From Alphaproteobacteria bacterium (GTDB lineage: Bacteria > Pseudomonadota > Alphaproteobacteria > Rs-D84), in NCBI GenBank assembly GCA_017618175.1, contig JAFZUT010000011.1, positions 36,656-100,655 of the forward strand: a DNA stretch of 64,000 nt, in the 5' to 3' direction. The notes beneath the pieces were generated by a model, which worked only from the letters and a program-made list of their open reading frames with translations, had not been told where the DNA came from and made no database searches. Position 1 is the stretch's first letter. Every line of letters begins with the position of its first letter. Below are positions 16,695 to 26,071 of this stretch, in pieces. A program made the position numbers and the translations under genes.

Positions 16695-18491
16695 ATGAGA
16701 AAAATTATAAACGCAATTAGAAAATTTATTCGTGGCGATGAATCAAACGCCCGTATTAAATGGTCTTTGTATGGTCGCATCTGGAACGAGATTGGTAAAC
16801 CACAATGGAAATGGTTGACCGCCGGAATTATCGCAACAATTTGCGCCGCCGGTGCCGAAGGTTATACCATAACATTGGTTCAACGCGTTGTGGACCAGGC
16901 ATTTATCGAAAAAAATATGCAATCAACATATATCGTTGGGGTGTTGATTATACTGGCGTTCGGCCTTAAAGGGGCGTTTGGATATGCGCGGTCGTTGCTT
17001 ATGGCCAAGGCGGGATTGACCGCATCTGCGCACCTGCAAAAACGTATTTATTCGCATATGATGCATATGGATATTGCCGGATTTTATGGGGATGGCATCG
17101 GCAAATACCTTAACTATTTCGGGGTCCAAGCGGGTGCGGTTTTGAACCTGGTGACCAGTACGATTGTTAAAACAATTCAGCAAATTGCGACTTTGGCGAT
17201 TACATTGGGATTGATGGTGTATTATGCGCCACAATTGTGCGCGGTGCTGGTGTTCTTGGTGCCGGCGTTATTGGTGCCGATGGTCGCCATTATGCGCAGA
17301 CGCAGAAAATTATCACGTCAATCGTTCGGCATCGCCAATAACGTATCGCAACATCTGAATCAAACACTGCGCGGAATGAAGACTATTCAGGCGTTTTCAA
17401 ATCAAAATACAGAAATCAAAAGATTTGAACACGTTTTGAATGATGCCATGGTCAATTCATATAAAAGTACCCAGGCCAACGGTCTGCGTTCGCCGTTGAT
17501 GGAATTGGTTATTTCGATTGGGTTGTGCCTGGCCATGATTTTGGGCGGACATTTTATTGTCAGTGGCGCAATCTCAACCGGTGATTTCACGGCGTTCTTG
17601 TTGGCGTTGACCGCCGCGTATAAGCCCGCAAAATCTATCACGGGCGTGGGTGACACGGTTCAACACGGGCTTTTGGCGGCGGAAATCCTGTTTAATTTCT
17701 TGGATACTAAGCCGACAATTCGTGATGCACGTGACGCAATAGAATTGCGCGCGGTGCAACCTTCGGTGGAATTTCGTGATGTAAGTTTTTCCTATGTTCC
17801 CGAAGAACCGGTCTTGCACGATATAAATCTGCGCGTGCCGGCGGGCTGTGTCTGCGCACTGGTCGGCCCCAGTGGCGGTGGCAAGACGACCATGTTCAAC
17901 CTGCTGGAGCGGTTTTATGAGCCACAAACCGGCATTATCGCAATAAATGGCCGCGATATACGGAAATTCACCCTGGATTCACTGCGGCGCAATATTTCTG
18001 AGGTTTCCCAGGACGTGTTCTTGTTCAATGACACGATAGAGGCAAACATTAAATATGGCGCGCCAAACGCGACACACGACCAAGTGGTCGCCGCCGCAAC
18101 GGCCGCAAACGCACACGATTTTATTATGGATTTCCCCAAAGGTTATGAATCAAATGTTGGCGAAGGCGGCGCATTGTTATCGGGGGGGCAAAAACAACGC
18201 ATCGCAATTGCGCGCGCAATATTGAAAAATGCCCCGATTCTGTTGCTGGACGAGGCAACATCCGCACTGGACACCGAAAGTGAAAAATTGATTCAGGCGG
18301 CGTTAAAGGATTTAATGCGCGGCCGTACAACCTTTGTTATTGCGCACAGGTTATCAACCATATTGGATGCGGACATAATTTGCGTTATCAAAGACGGCCA
18401 CATAATTGAACAAGGAACAGATGCAGAATTGGTCGCGTTGGGCGGCGAATATAAAAAACTGCGTGACATTCAGTTCAAATCAAAAAAATAA
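16695..18491 (+). CDS. ABC transporter permease/ATPase fusion, MsbA-like exporter
   Basis: About 300 aa with six TM helices, then an NBD with Walker A GPSGGGKTT, signature LSGGQKQRIAIARA and Walker B ILLLDEATSALD. I take the start at MRKIINAIRKF (16695). Confidence 0.85.
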   Translation: MRKIINAIRKFIRGDESNARIKWSLYGRIWNEIGKPQWKWLTAGIIATICAAGAEGYTITLVQRVVDQAFIEKNMQSTYIVGVLIILAFGLKGAFGYARSLLMAKAGLTASAHLQKRIYSHMMHMDIAGFYGDGIGKYLNYFGVQAGAVLNLVTSTIVKTIQQIATLAITLGLMVYYAPQLCAVLVFLVPALLVPMVAIMRRRRKLSRQSFGIANNVSQHLNQTLRGMKTIQAFSNQNTEIKRFEHVLNDAMVNSYKSTQANGLRSPLMELVISIGLCLAMILGGHFIVSGAISTGDFTAFLLALTAAYKPAKSITGVGDTVQHGLLAAEILFNFLDTKPTIRDARDAIELRAVQPSVEFRDVSFSYVPEEPVLHDINLRVPAGCVCALVGPSGGGKTTMFNLLERFYEPQTGIIAINGRDIRKFTLDSLRRNISEVSQDVFLFNDTIEANIKYGAPNATHDQVVAAATAANAHDFIMDFPKGYESNVGEGGALLSGGQKQRIAIARAILKNAPILLLDEATSALDTESEKLIQAALKDLMRGRTTFVIAHRLSTILDADIICVIKDGHIIEQGTDAELVALGGEYKKLRDIQFKSKK

Positions 18492-18588
18492 TATCAATAA
18501 ATGAAAAATGATATTTTTATGATTTTTTCTTGATTTTTTATAAAAGTATGTCATAATTTGCCCCGAACTGCTGGAAAAAGGAAGTTCT

Positions 18589-18664
18589 GGGGCTATAGCT
18601 CAGTTGGTAGAGCAAATGACTTTTAATCATTGGGTCCAGGGTTCGAGTCCCTGTGGCCCCACCA
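18589..18664 (+). tRNA. tRNA-Lys (anticodon UUU)
   Basis: GGGGCTA TA GCTC AGTTGGTA GAGC A AATGA CTTTTAA TCATT GGGTC CAGGG TTCGAGT CCCTG TGGCCCC A CCA. Confidence 0.95.
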
Positions 18665-18676
18665 AAGAAAACTGTT

Positions 18677-18711
18677 AACCCACGCACCGATGCGTGGGTT
18701 TAGAATTTTTT
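18677..18711 (+). terminator. rho-independent terminator after tRNA-Lys
   Basis: AACCCACGCA-ccga-TGCGTGGGTT followed by TAGAATTTTTT. Confidence 0.7.
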
Positions 18712-18804
18712 AGTGTCGCGCCGTAGTATTTTTCATATGAAAGAAAATTTGTTATATTTTCGCACGCAGCCGGACAAAAATCAAAAACCGACTTTATGTC
18801 GGTT

Positions 18805-19548
18805 TTAATTTTGGTTTTGACCCGCGGATTGGGCGGGCGTATTTGCCGCATTCAAAACTGCATCAAAGTCTTTTGCGATATCTGCCCCAGAATCCAGCCA
18901 ATCATTGATTTCGCCAATTATGTTTTTAATGTGTCGTGCCACAATACGCCGATTCCCGCCCAGGCTGTGCATTGCAACCAAACGCGACATATCCCGCGCA
19001 AGGGTGGACATAAGGCTAAGTTGATCCGGCGACATGGTGTTTTCTTTGCCAAACCCGATAATCAGGTGTTCTAATTCTTCGTAATATTGACGCAGCAAAT
19101 CGATATATTCTTTGCGAATCTGCATTTTTTCGGCGATACGGCCTTCGGTCCAGTTTCGCATAGCCATTACACCGCCACTTGTCAGGCGCCCGCGCATCTT
19201 TAACATTTTCCGCAGAATCAAAATTACGTGCAGAATAATCGTGTCAATTTTGTCGTCCATACCCGCAATCAGGGTTTCTTGTAACCGGCGCGACACACGT
19301 TTCGTCGTGTAATCGTACAGCAAAAAAACCAAAGGTATCGCCAACAATGACGCAGAAATATTACTTATTAACGCTTCGACCGCCGGGTCATGCACATTGT
19401 CCAAAGATATAGAAAACAAAATCACGCCGCCGGCGATAGATATAAGGTAAGGCAGACTGCGCAAAGCAAAATTTCTAAGATTTTTCCACATATTGCACAT
19501 TATGCCATACTCCACCCGCATTGTCATTGTGATTAGATTCCCTTTCAC
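18805..19548 (-). CDS. hypothetical membrane protein (two N-terminal TM helices plus a soluble domain); start uncertain
   Basis: TM segments LPYLISIAGGVILFSISL and LISNISASLLAIPLVFLLY. No recognisable catalytic motif. Confidence 0.5.
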   Translation of the reverse strand: MKGNLITMTMRVEYGIMCNMWKNLRNFALRSLPYLISIAGGVILFSISLDNVHDPAVEALISNISASLLAIPLVFLLYDYTTKRVSRRLQETLIAGMDDKIDTIILHVILILRKMLKMRGRLTSGGVMAMRNWTEGRIAEKMQIRKEYIDLLRQYYEELEHLIIGFGKENTMSPDQLSLMSTLARDMSRLVAMHSLGGNRRIVARHIKNIIGEINDWLDSGADIAKDFDAVLNAANTPAQSAGQNQN

Positions 19549-19633
19549 AGGGGAAAACTTATAAACCTTGAATTTCTACACATTTTATACTATAATACGC
19601 GTGTGTGTGGCAACGCATCCAAAGGAGTCGGTC

Positions 19634-21784
19634 ATGGCAATGAGTATGAAAGATTTTTTGTTTGCTTATTACAAACAACTTCATTTTGATGATATGTCGC
19701 CAGAGGTGCGCGCGCGTTTTGATGATTACGCTAAAAATGAAGATTTTGCCGGTGATATGAAAGATTGGTATACAAACCTTGATGGAAAATCACTGCCGGA
19801 TGCCAACACCGAATTAAATAATGAAGATTGGGAAAAACTGTTCAATGTTTTCAATACGGCACTTGGGCGTATGTCCCAGGATAAAGACGGTTTGGCCGAT
19901 AATAAAAAGGCCCGTGATTTTGTAAATGAATATTATGGCCTTGGAAAATTGTTTTCAATTGAACCTGTTGATGGTGGTACCGAAAGAGAGATAAATAATC
20001 TAAAAACTAATATTGATGCTCTTAAGGGGGCAATTCAAAACTTTTTGCCCGAAGACGCGTCTTTCGAACAATTTAAAAAAGATTTAAATAGCGGCAAATA
20101 CAACACCGATGAAAAATTTAGGGACCTTGTATTGCGGGTAGTCGATAGATTAGATTCTGCAAAACAATGGGGGTTGGATGGCGCAAGTCAGGAAGCAATA
20201 AATGCTTTGAATGCCATTGATACGGCAAAAATTGTCGCCGGATTTGAACAAAAACCAAACCCCGGCAAACTTGCATCTTTTAAACAAGAATACAAAAGTA
20301 TACTGAACAGGCTACATGACGAGTCGAAATTACGCGAAATGTTTGCTCAATACGATAACGGCAAAATTTCTAAACCGTTAAACAAAGCTCTGGATAAAGT
20401 TGCGTATGATAACAAAGATTCAAAAAGTTATGTTCACCCCAAAACTGAAGATGAGCTGAATCTGTTACAGCAAGTCAAAAAATGGGTTGGTGACACATAT
20501 GAAAATCATCTTAAAAAATATGCCACATTGCGTGGTGATAGAATGTTTTTTTCTATGCCTGCACAAATGATTTGTCGTGGCATAGACAGTGCAAAAATCA
20601 AACCAACTGATGGTATAGCGGCCGTTCTGGATAATGCCGATAAGATTAAAAAAGGTATGCAATATAAATCTAATGCGGCCGTTAGTCATTTTGATTGGTT
20701 TGTCAAGGAAATGAATGTATTAAAGGACGCAATGCCCAAGGCGTTTGAGGGTGGTTTAAGAAACGGCCCGCAACTGCGTCATTTGATTGAAAAATTGATA
20801 GCCGATGCAATTGAACAAAACAAGATAGAAGAAGCCAAAACCGCAATGGAGGTTTTGTCTGTTATCAAGTATGCAAATACAACCAGTAAAATTATGGACG
20901 CAATCAAAGAAGATAAAGATTTGTTTACTTTGATGTCAAATAAAGATTTGTCTTGGAATAAAAACGAAGGGGTTAAATTCGTTACCACCGCATTAGACAA
21001 AAGTGTTCGTGCGGCATTTATTGGTTTAGGATACGGCGCAACAATGGCAATAAATGGTATACGAAAATCACGCAGCAAGATTAATCGCCCTGGAAAAACA
21101 TTAAACAAAGCACACGAAGATTGGAAAGCGAAACTTGATTCGAAAAAACAAGACACACAAAATATGCATGATCGGGCCGAACGTCGCAAAACATGGGCAG
21201 AACGGTTTGTAAATAATTCTCGATCACAAACAGATATTCAAAATGATATCACGCAATGGGAAATGGATATTACCAATACAAAAAATAATCTTCAACCTAT
21301 GGTTGGCAGATTACGTAATGTATTGCAACAATTGTTAAACGATCCGCAAACTGCTAATGACCCGGATGTCGCGGTTATTGATGATTATTTACAAAAGATA
21401 AGAAATAATGAAACAAACATTCCAAGGCCTCAATTGGGTGGTGCCGCGGCCGGCCAACAAAATTTAATTGATCAAATTGATGCTCTGCGGAATATATTAT
21501 CGACCCAAAATGAACAATTGAATACAACACAAGAAGAATTGCAGGATGTTTTAGGGGGGATAGCCGTAATAAATGCCGCAGATCAACAAATCCAAGACAC
21601 CCAAGCCAAACTTAGGACTTGGGATAATGACCATAAAGATCAATATAAAGAACTTATCAATTTCTGGAATCGTTTGGAAACTGGGCGGGATTCGCATACC
21701 GGTGAAATGTACAGTTGGCGACCGGGCAGCGCCAAAAAGAAACAAACCGATTTTTGGCGAGATCAAGGCGGTCGCGGAATATAA
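19634..21784 (+). CDS. large hypothetical protein (716 aa), K/D/N/Q-rich and probably coiled-coil
   Basis: Start MAMSMKDF with RBS AAAGGAG. There is no signal peptide, TM helix or enzymatic motif I can recognise. Confidence 0.55.
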   Translation: MAMSMKDFLFAYYKQLHFDDMSPEVRARFDDYAKNEDFAGDMKDWYTNLDGKSLPDANTELNNEDWEKLFNVFNTALGRMSQDKDGLADNKKARDFVNEYYGLGKLFSIEPVDGGTEREINNLKTNIDALKGAIQNFLPEDASFEQFKKDLNSGKYNTDEKFRDLVLRVVDRLDSAKQWGLDGASQEAINALNAIDTAKIVAGFEQKPNPGKLASFKQEYKSILNRLHDESKLREMFAQYDNGKISKPLNKALDKVAYDNKDSKSYVHPKTEDELNLLQQVKKWVGDTYENHLKKYATLRGDRMFFSMPAQMICRGIDSAKIKPTDGIAAVLDNADKIKKGMQYKSNAAVSHFDWFVKEMNVLKDAMPKAFEGGLRNGPQLRHLIEKLIADAIEQNKIEEAKTAMEVLSVIKYANTTSKIMDAIKEDKDLFTLMSNKDLSWNKNEGVKFVTTALDKSVRAAFIGLGYGATMAINGIRKSRSKINRPGKTLNKAHEDWKAKLDSKKQDTQNMHDRAERRKTWAERFVNNSRSQTDIQNDITQWEMDITNTKNNLQPMVGRLRNVLQQLLNDPQTANDPDVAVIDDYLQKIRNNETNIPRPQLGGAAAGQQNLIDQIDALRNILSTQNEQLNTTQEELQDVLGGIAVINAADQQIQDTQAKLRTWDNDHKDQYKELINFWNRLETGRDSHTGEMYSWRPGSAKKKQTDFWRDQGGRGI

Positions 21785-21790
21785 TTTATT

Positions 21791-21812
21791 TCCCCCACTT
21801 GGGGGATTTTTT
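21791..21812 (+). terminator. rho-independent terminator
   Basis: TCCCCC-actt-GGGGGA followed by T6. Confidence 0.75.
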
Positions 21813-21880
21813 GTGTTGAAATCGCGCAGACTGGGTGCTAAGATTCCCGCGTAATAATTTCTCAACCAAAAGGAAAGAAT

Positions 21881-23128
21881 ATGTATATTATGGCGTTGAA
21901 CTGCGGTTCTTCCAGTTTGAAATATCAAATCTTTGACGCGGATTCTAAAAAGCAAATTGTCGGTGGAAATGTCGAAAAAATCGGGTCGCCGGATTCTTTT
22001 ATTACGCAAAAATATCCAGACGGCACAAAACAGAAAAAAGAAGTCCCAATGAAAAACCATAACGAGGCATTAAATGTCGTTATGGGAATGCTGCGCGAAG
22101 CATCCATTGATATGAACGAAATTCGTGGTGTTGGGCATCGTGTTGTTATGGGCGGTTCTAAATTCGCTTCGTCTGTTGAAATTACCGATGATGTTATGCG
22201 CGAAATTCAAAACTGGCGCGATTTGATGCCGTTGCATATTCCGGCGTCCCTGATGGGAATTGAAAGTGCGCGCCAAATGTTGCCAAATGCGACCCAGGTT
22301 GCCGTGTTTGATACCGCGTTCTTGCAAACTATGCCGGAAAGTTCATACAGATATGCAATACCCGAGGCATGGTATAAAAACCTTGGGGTGCGCCGCTATG
22401 GTTTCCACGGAACCAGCCACCTGTACGTTTCCAAACGCGCGGCGGCAATGCTGGGCAAACCGGCCGATAAATGCAATTTGATTACTATGCATATTGGTTC
22501 GGGTGCATCGGGCGTTGCAATTAAAAACGGTGTTGCGGTTGATACCACATTGGGTATGACACCGACCGCGGGTTTGGTTATGGGAACACGTCCCGGCGAT
22601 GTTGATGCGGGCGCGTTGCTGTATGTGATGGAAAAACTGAATTTGACACCAGCGCAGATGACCAAACATATGAACAAAGATTCTGGGTTAATGGGTATTA
22701 CAAAATGCTTTGCCGACCGCCGCGATGTAGAAAGCAACCGCGAAACAAACCCAGATTGTAAATTGGCATTGGAAATCGAAGTTCATAATGTCAAAAAATA
22801 TATTGGTGCGTTTATGGCGGAACTGGGGCATGTTGATGCGTTGGTCTTTACCGCGGGCGTTGGTGAAAACGATAATTACCTGCGTGCAAAATATTGTGAA
22901 GGCTTGGAAGAATTGGGAATCAAAATTGACCCGGCCAAGAACGACAAGGCTTTGGCGCGCCTGGATGCCGGCGAATGCGAGATTTCTGCACCCGACAGCC
23001 GCGTAAAAATCTTTATGATTCCAACAAACGAAGAAATTGTTATTGTGGAAGACACAATTGGCATTATGAACAAAACATACGATGCCAACCATTTGAAAAT
23101 GAATTATTCGTTTGCCAAAATGAACTAA
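21881..23128 (+). CDS. ackA: acetate kinase
   Basis: LALNCGSSSLKYQIFD at the N-terminus, then GHRVVMGG, YGFHGTSH, HIGSGASG and VFTAGVGEN; these are the canonical acetokinase motifs. Confidence 0.92.
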   Translation: MYIMALNCGSSSLKYQIFDADSKKQIVGGNVEKIGSPDSFITQKYPDGTKQKKEVPMKNHNEALNVVMGMLREASIDMNEIRGVGHRVVMGGSKFASSVEITDDVMREIQNWRDLMPLHIPASLMGIESARQMLPNATQVAVFDTAFLQTMPESSYRYAIPEAWYKNLGVRRYGFHGTSHLYVSKRAAAMLGKPADKCNLITMHIGSGASGVAIKNGVAVDTTLGMTPTAGLVMGTRPGDVDAGALLYVMEKLNLTPAQMTKHMNKDSGLMGITKCFADRRDVESNRETNPDCKLALEIEVHNVKKYIGAFMAELGHVDALVFTAGVGENDNYLRAKYCEGLEELGIKIDPAKNDKALARLDAGECEISAPDSRVKIFMIPTNEEIVIVEDTIGIMNKTYDANHLKMNYSFAKMN

Positions 23129-23151
23129 AAGCAGAAATAGTGGTTATTGGA

Positions 23152-23175
23152 AACGGCGCGTTGCGCCGTTTTTAA
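23152..23175 (+). terminator. rho-independent terminator after ackA
   Basis: ACGGCGC-gtt-GCGCCGT followed by T5. Confidence 0.7.
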
Positions 23176-23181
23176 TTTTTC

Positions 23182-23210
23182 TTGTATTTTATATAAATTT
23201 TCTGTATTAT
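23182..23210 (+). promoter_or_regulatory. sigma70-like promoter of rnj, followed by a ~130-nt structured leader
   Basis: TTGTAT (23182-23187), 17-nt spacer, TATTAT (23205-23210). The leader holds a 10-nt perfect inverted repeat, CCGCAATCAC (23248-23257) and GTGATTGCGG (23305-23314). Confidence 0.4.
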
Positions 23211-23347
23211 CTCACTTGTGGTGCGATTGGTATGGCACCGCACAGCCCCGCAATCACAGATTCACTGCAAATAAAGCAAACTGCTCTATTGGTAATGAAT
23301 TCGCGTGATTGCGGAAATGTTTAATTACAAAAAAAGGATTTTATTAA

Positions 23348-25180
23348 ATGGTTAAATTACATAAACATATTGAACCAGAATTGGTTGAAGATATTGATAC
23401 CGGTGATGAAGATTTAAGTGTCCATGTTTCTGCGGACAAATCCGGAGATTCAAAAAAACATACCAACCCAGAATCAGATGAAAACGACGACAAAGTATAT
23501 TTTATGGCTCTGGGCGGATTGGAACACGTTGGGCAAAATATGTACCTGTATAAATACAAAGGTAAATTCTTGGTTGTCGATTGCGGTATGGGTTTTTTGG
23601 AAGAAGAAATCGGTGCCGGCGATGTGCAATATTGTGACACAACTTGGCTTGAAAAACGCAAGAAAGACGTGGTTGCTTTTGTCGTGACCCACGGCCACGA
23701 AGACCATATTGGCGCATTGAAATACATTTGGCCAAAGTTCAAGAAACCAATTTATTGCACGCGGTTTCCGGCAGAAGTTCTGCGCCGCACTTTCCGCGGG
23801 ATAGAATTGGATTTCGACCCCAAGAAAGATATTGTGGAATTTGACGCGGCGGGCGCAACGTTGGATTTGAAACCATTCACCGTTGAAACTTTCCACGTTA
23901 GCCATTCTGTACCCGAAGCGCAAATGTTGATTATCAAAACCGGTGCCGGGAAAATTCTGCATACCGGCGATTGGACATTTAATGACGACAACCCGATTGA
24001 GCCCGGAACTGACTATGCGCGTTTGCGTGAAATTGGGGCCGACCCGAAATTGTTGGCATGCGCGTGCGATTCAACTTCGTCTTCACGGCAAACCGTTCAA
24101 ACGACCGAGGTTCAAGTTCGTGATACATTGACCGAAATTATGCGTAATGCCCCGGGACGCGTTATCGTAACGGGATATTCGCGCAGTTTGGCACGACTTA
24201 AAATGTTTGCCGATGCCGCACATGCGGTGGGACGCGTTGCCGCAATCAAAGAACGCAGCAACCCAAGTCCCGTGCCATATGTCGGTCTGCCCGAATTCCG
24301 CGAAATGGGTGTAGAATTCAAATATTTGGACGAAGGCGATATATATCAATTTTCGGAAATCAAAGATTTACCGGCCGAAAAACAGGCAATATTCTTGACC
24401 GGGTCCCAAGGCGAAAAGTTCGCAATGCTGACCCGTCTGTGCCGTGGCCAGGTAAAAGAAATGAAACTTATGCCGACCGATACAGTGGTGTTCAGTTCTA
24501 TTATTATTCCGGGCCGCGAACAAGATGTATCGTTCCTGTATAACAAATTGGCGCGGATGGGGATTCGCACGCATACTATTTACGACACGGACCATGTTCA
24601 CGCCAGTGGCCACGCCGGCCGGCCGGAATTCGAACGGTTCTATGATATGGTTCATCCCCAGGTTTCAATCCCGATGCATGGCGATTATATCAATGAAATG
24701 CTGAACGGGAAAATGGCGATGGAACGTGGTGGCGCGAAACATATGATGTTGGTTCGCAACGGCGAAATGGTCGCATTGGCCGATGGCGCGGAACCATATG
24801 TTTGTGAAACAATAGAAACAGGATTCGTTGTTATGGAAGGCGAAACCGAACGCAGCGCCAATGACCAAGTCTATAAGAACCGCAAGAAAATCGCATCAAA
24901 CGGCGCAATATTTGTGACTTTGCCGGTCGATAAACGCGGTTTTTTGAAAGGAACGCCCGAGGTTTCCAGTGCCGGTATTTTCGAATCTGACACAACCGGG
25001 TTTATGAAACGGCAAATTCAAATTGAAATAACACGGGCGATTGACGCATTATCCAAGGCCGAAAGAAAATCGCAAGACAACCTGGCTCGCACGGTCCAAA
25101 CCGCCGCAAACAAAGTTGTGCGGGCGTCATTGGGGGCGGATAAAAAGCCGCAATACAGTGTGCATTTCGTTCAAAAATAG
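23348..25180 (+). CDS. rnj: ribonuclease J (beta-CASP metallo-beta-lactamase)
   Basis: HGHEDHIGAL motif, then HVSHSVPE and HASGHA; length is right and it has the C-terminal domain. The ~50-aa acidic N-terminal extension leaves the start uncertain. Confidence 0.88.
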   Translation: MVKLHKHIEPELVEDIDTGDEDLSVHVSADKSGDSKKHTNPESDENDDKVYFMALGGLEHVGQNMYLYKYKGKFLVVDCGMGFLEEEIGAGDVQYCDTTWLEKRKKDVVAFVVTHGHEDHIGALKYIWPKFKKPIYCTRFPAEVLRRTFRGIELDFDPKKDIVEFDAAGATLDLKPFTVETFHVSHSVPEAQMLIIKTGAGKILHTGDWTFNDDNPIEPGTDYARLREIGADPKLLACACDSTSSSRQTVQTTEVQVRDTLTEIMRNAPGRVIVTGYSRSLARLKMFADAAHAVGRVAAIKERSNPSPVPYVGLPEFREMGVEFKYLDEGDIYQFSEIKDLPAEKQAIFLTGSQGEKFAMLTRLCRGQVKEMKLMPTDTVVFSSIIIPGREQDVSFLYNKLARMGIRTHTIYDTDHVHASGHAGRPEFERFYDMVHPQVSIPMHGDYINEMLNGKMAMERGGAKHMMLVRNGEMVALADGAEPYVCETIETGFVVMEGETERSANDQVYKNRKKIASNGAIFVTLPVDKRGFLKGTPEVSSAGIFESDTTGFMKRQIQIEITRAIDALSKAERKSQDNLARTVQTAANKVVRASLGADKKPQYSVHFVQK

Positions 25181-25182
25181 TT

Positions 25183-25208
25183 AACGCCCCGTTTGGGGCG
25201 TTTGTTTT
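25183..25208 (+). terminator. rho-independent terminator after rnj
   Basis: ACGCCCC-gttt-GGGGCGT followed by TTGTTTT. Confidence 0.7.
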
Positions 25209-25278
25209 ATCAAAAAAATTCTGGACATTAAAATTTAATTTTTATAAAATGAATTTGTCAAAACCAAAGGAAGGAAAT

Positions 25279-25671
25279 ATGCCAAAGACAACAAAGACAA
25301 CTAAACGCACCACGACAAAATGTGTCGTAAAGCCCGCCGCGGCTCCGGCACCGGAATTGCACGAAATGCATTGCGGTTGTAAATGCACACCGTTGAAAAA
25401 GACGTTTTATTTGGGTGGAATGTTTATACTGGGATTTTTGGTTTCACACTTTTTCGTGTCCCCATGCCATCATAACGGCCCAAAAATGCCGCATATGCAC
25501 CCGGTATTTGTGAACGGATGTTTGGATATGGAATCTGTTAAATGTCCAAAAATGCAGGAAGCATTGGCGGTTGCCGATGTTGATGCAAACGGTTGCGTGA
25601 CCGAAGAAGAATTTCGCGCGGTAAAACGTGCAATGCGCCGTGATATGCGCGGACATAAAATGGAAGATTAA
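25279..25671 (+). CDS. hypothetical Cys/His-rich membrane protein with an EF-hand-like loop
   Basis: Start MPKTTK with RBS AAGGAAGGA. One TM helix (FYLGGMFILGFLVSHFFV). HEMHCGCKC and CHHNGPKMPHMH are metal-ligand-like. DVDANGCVTEEEF fits the D-x-D-x-(D/N)-G-x-x-x-x-x-E calcium loop. Confidence 0.45.
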   Translation: MPKTTKTTKRTTTKCVVKPAAAPAPELHEMHCGCKCTPLKKTFYLGGMFILGFLVSHFFVSPCHHNGPKMPHMHPVFVNGCLDMESVKCPKMQEALAVADVDANGCVTEEEFRAVKRAMRRDMRGHKMED

Positions 25672-25688
25672 TTCTGTTGAAAATAAAA

Positions 25689-25713
25689 ACACCCGCATTT
25701 GCGGGTGTTTTTA
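25689..25713 (+). terminator. rho-independent terminator
   Basis: ACACCCGC-attt-GCGGGTGT followed by a T-run. Confidence 0.75.
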
Positions 25714-25797
25714 TTATTACAAACTGTCTGGAATTATCAAACAACTGGAAGTTTCCAGATGGTTTATTATTTTTCCTGATATTTAATATCCAAAGAA

Positions 25798-25961
25798 TTG
25801 TCATCCCGGGCTTGGTCCGGGACAGAGTCTATAAATCTGTGATGAATATTACAGAATTATTACGCGGCCCGCGTCACAAACTGCCTGGCCCTATGGCGGA
25901 CCCCGGGGCCCGCAAAAATGCGTTCGCTTTTTTGTGGGTGGGTTCTTGCCCGCCATGACAG
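25798..25961. repeat. GC-rich ~165-bp intergenic element with imperfect terminal inverted repeats (MITE/REP-like)
   Basis: The left end is TTGTCATCCCGGGCTTG. The reverse complement of the right end is CTGTCATGGCGGGCAAG (12 of 17 match). The left end contains the GTCATCCCGG..CCGGGA hairpin also seen at 16423-16444. Confidence 0.35.
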
Positions 25962-26071
25962 TTTTTTTGACCAGTTTGAAAATAAAAAAATTGAATAATC
26001 AAATAAAAAAATTGCAATTGATGCATATTCATATATACTGAACTTCCAAAGTTATTAAAAAAGGTGTGTTT

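Noticed and set aside
21551-22060. 169-aa minus-strand ORF spanning the intergenic region upstream of ackA.
   Set aside because: It crosses the terminator at 21791-21812 and the 5' end of ackA, and it overlaps the 3' end of CDS 19634..21784. Its composition looks like an antisense artefact.
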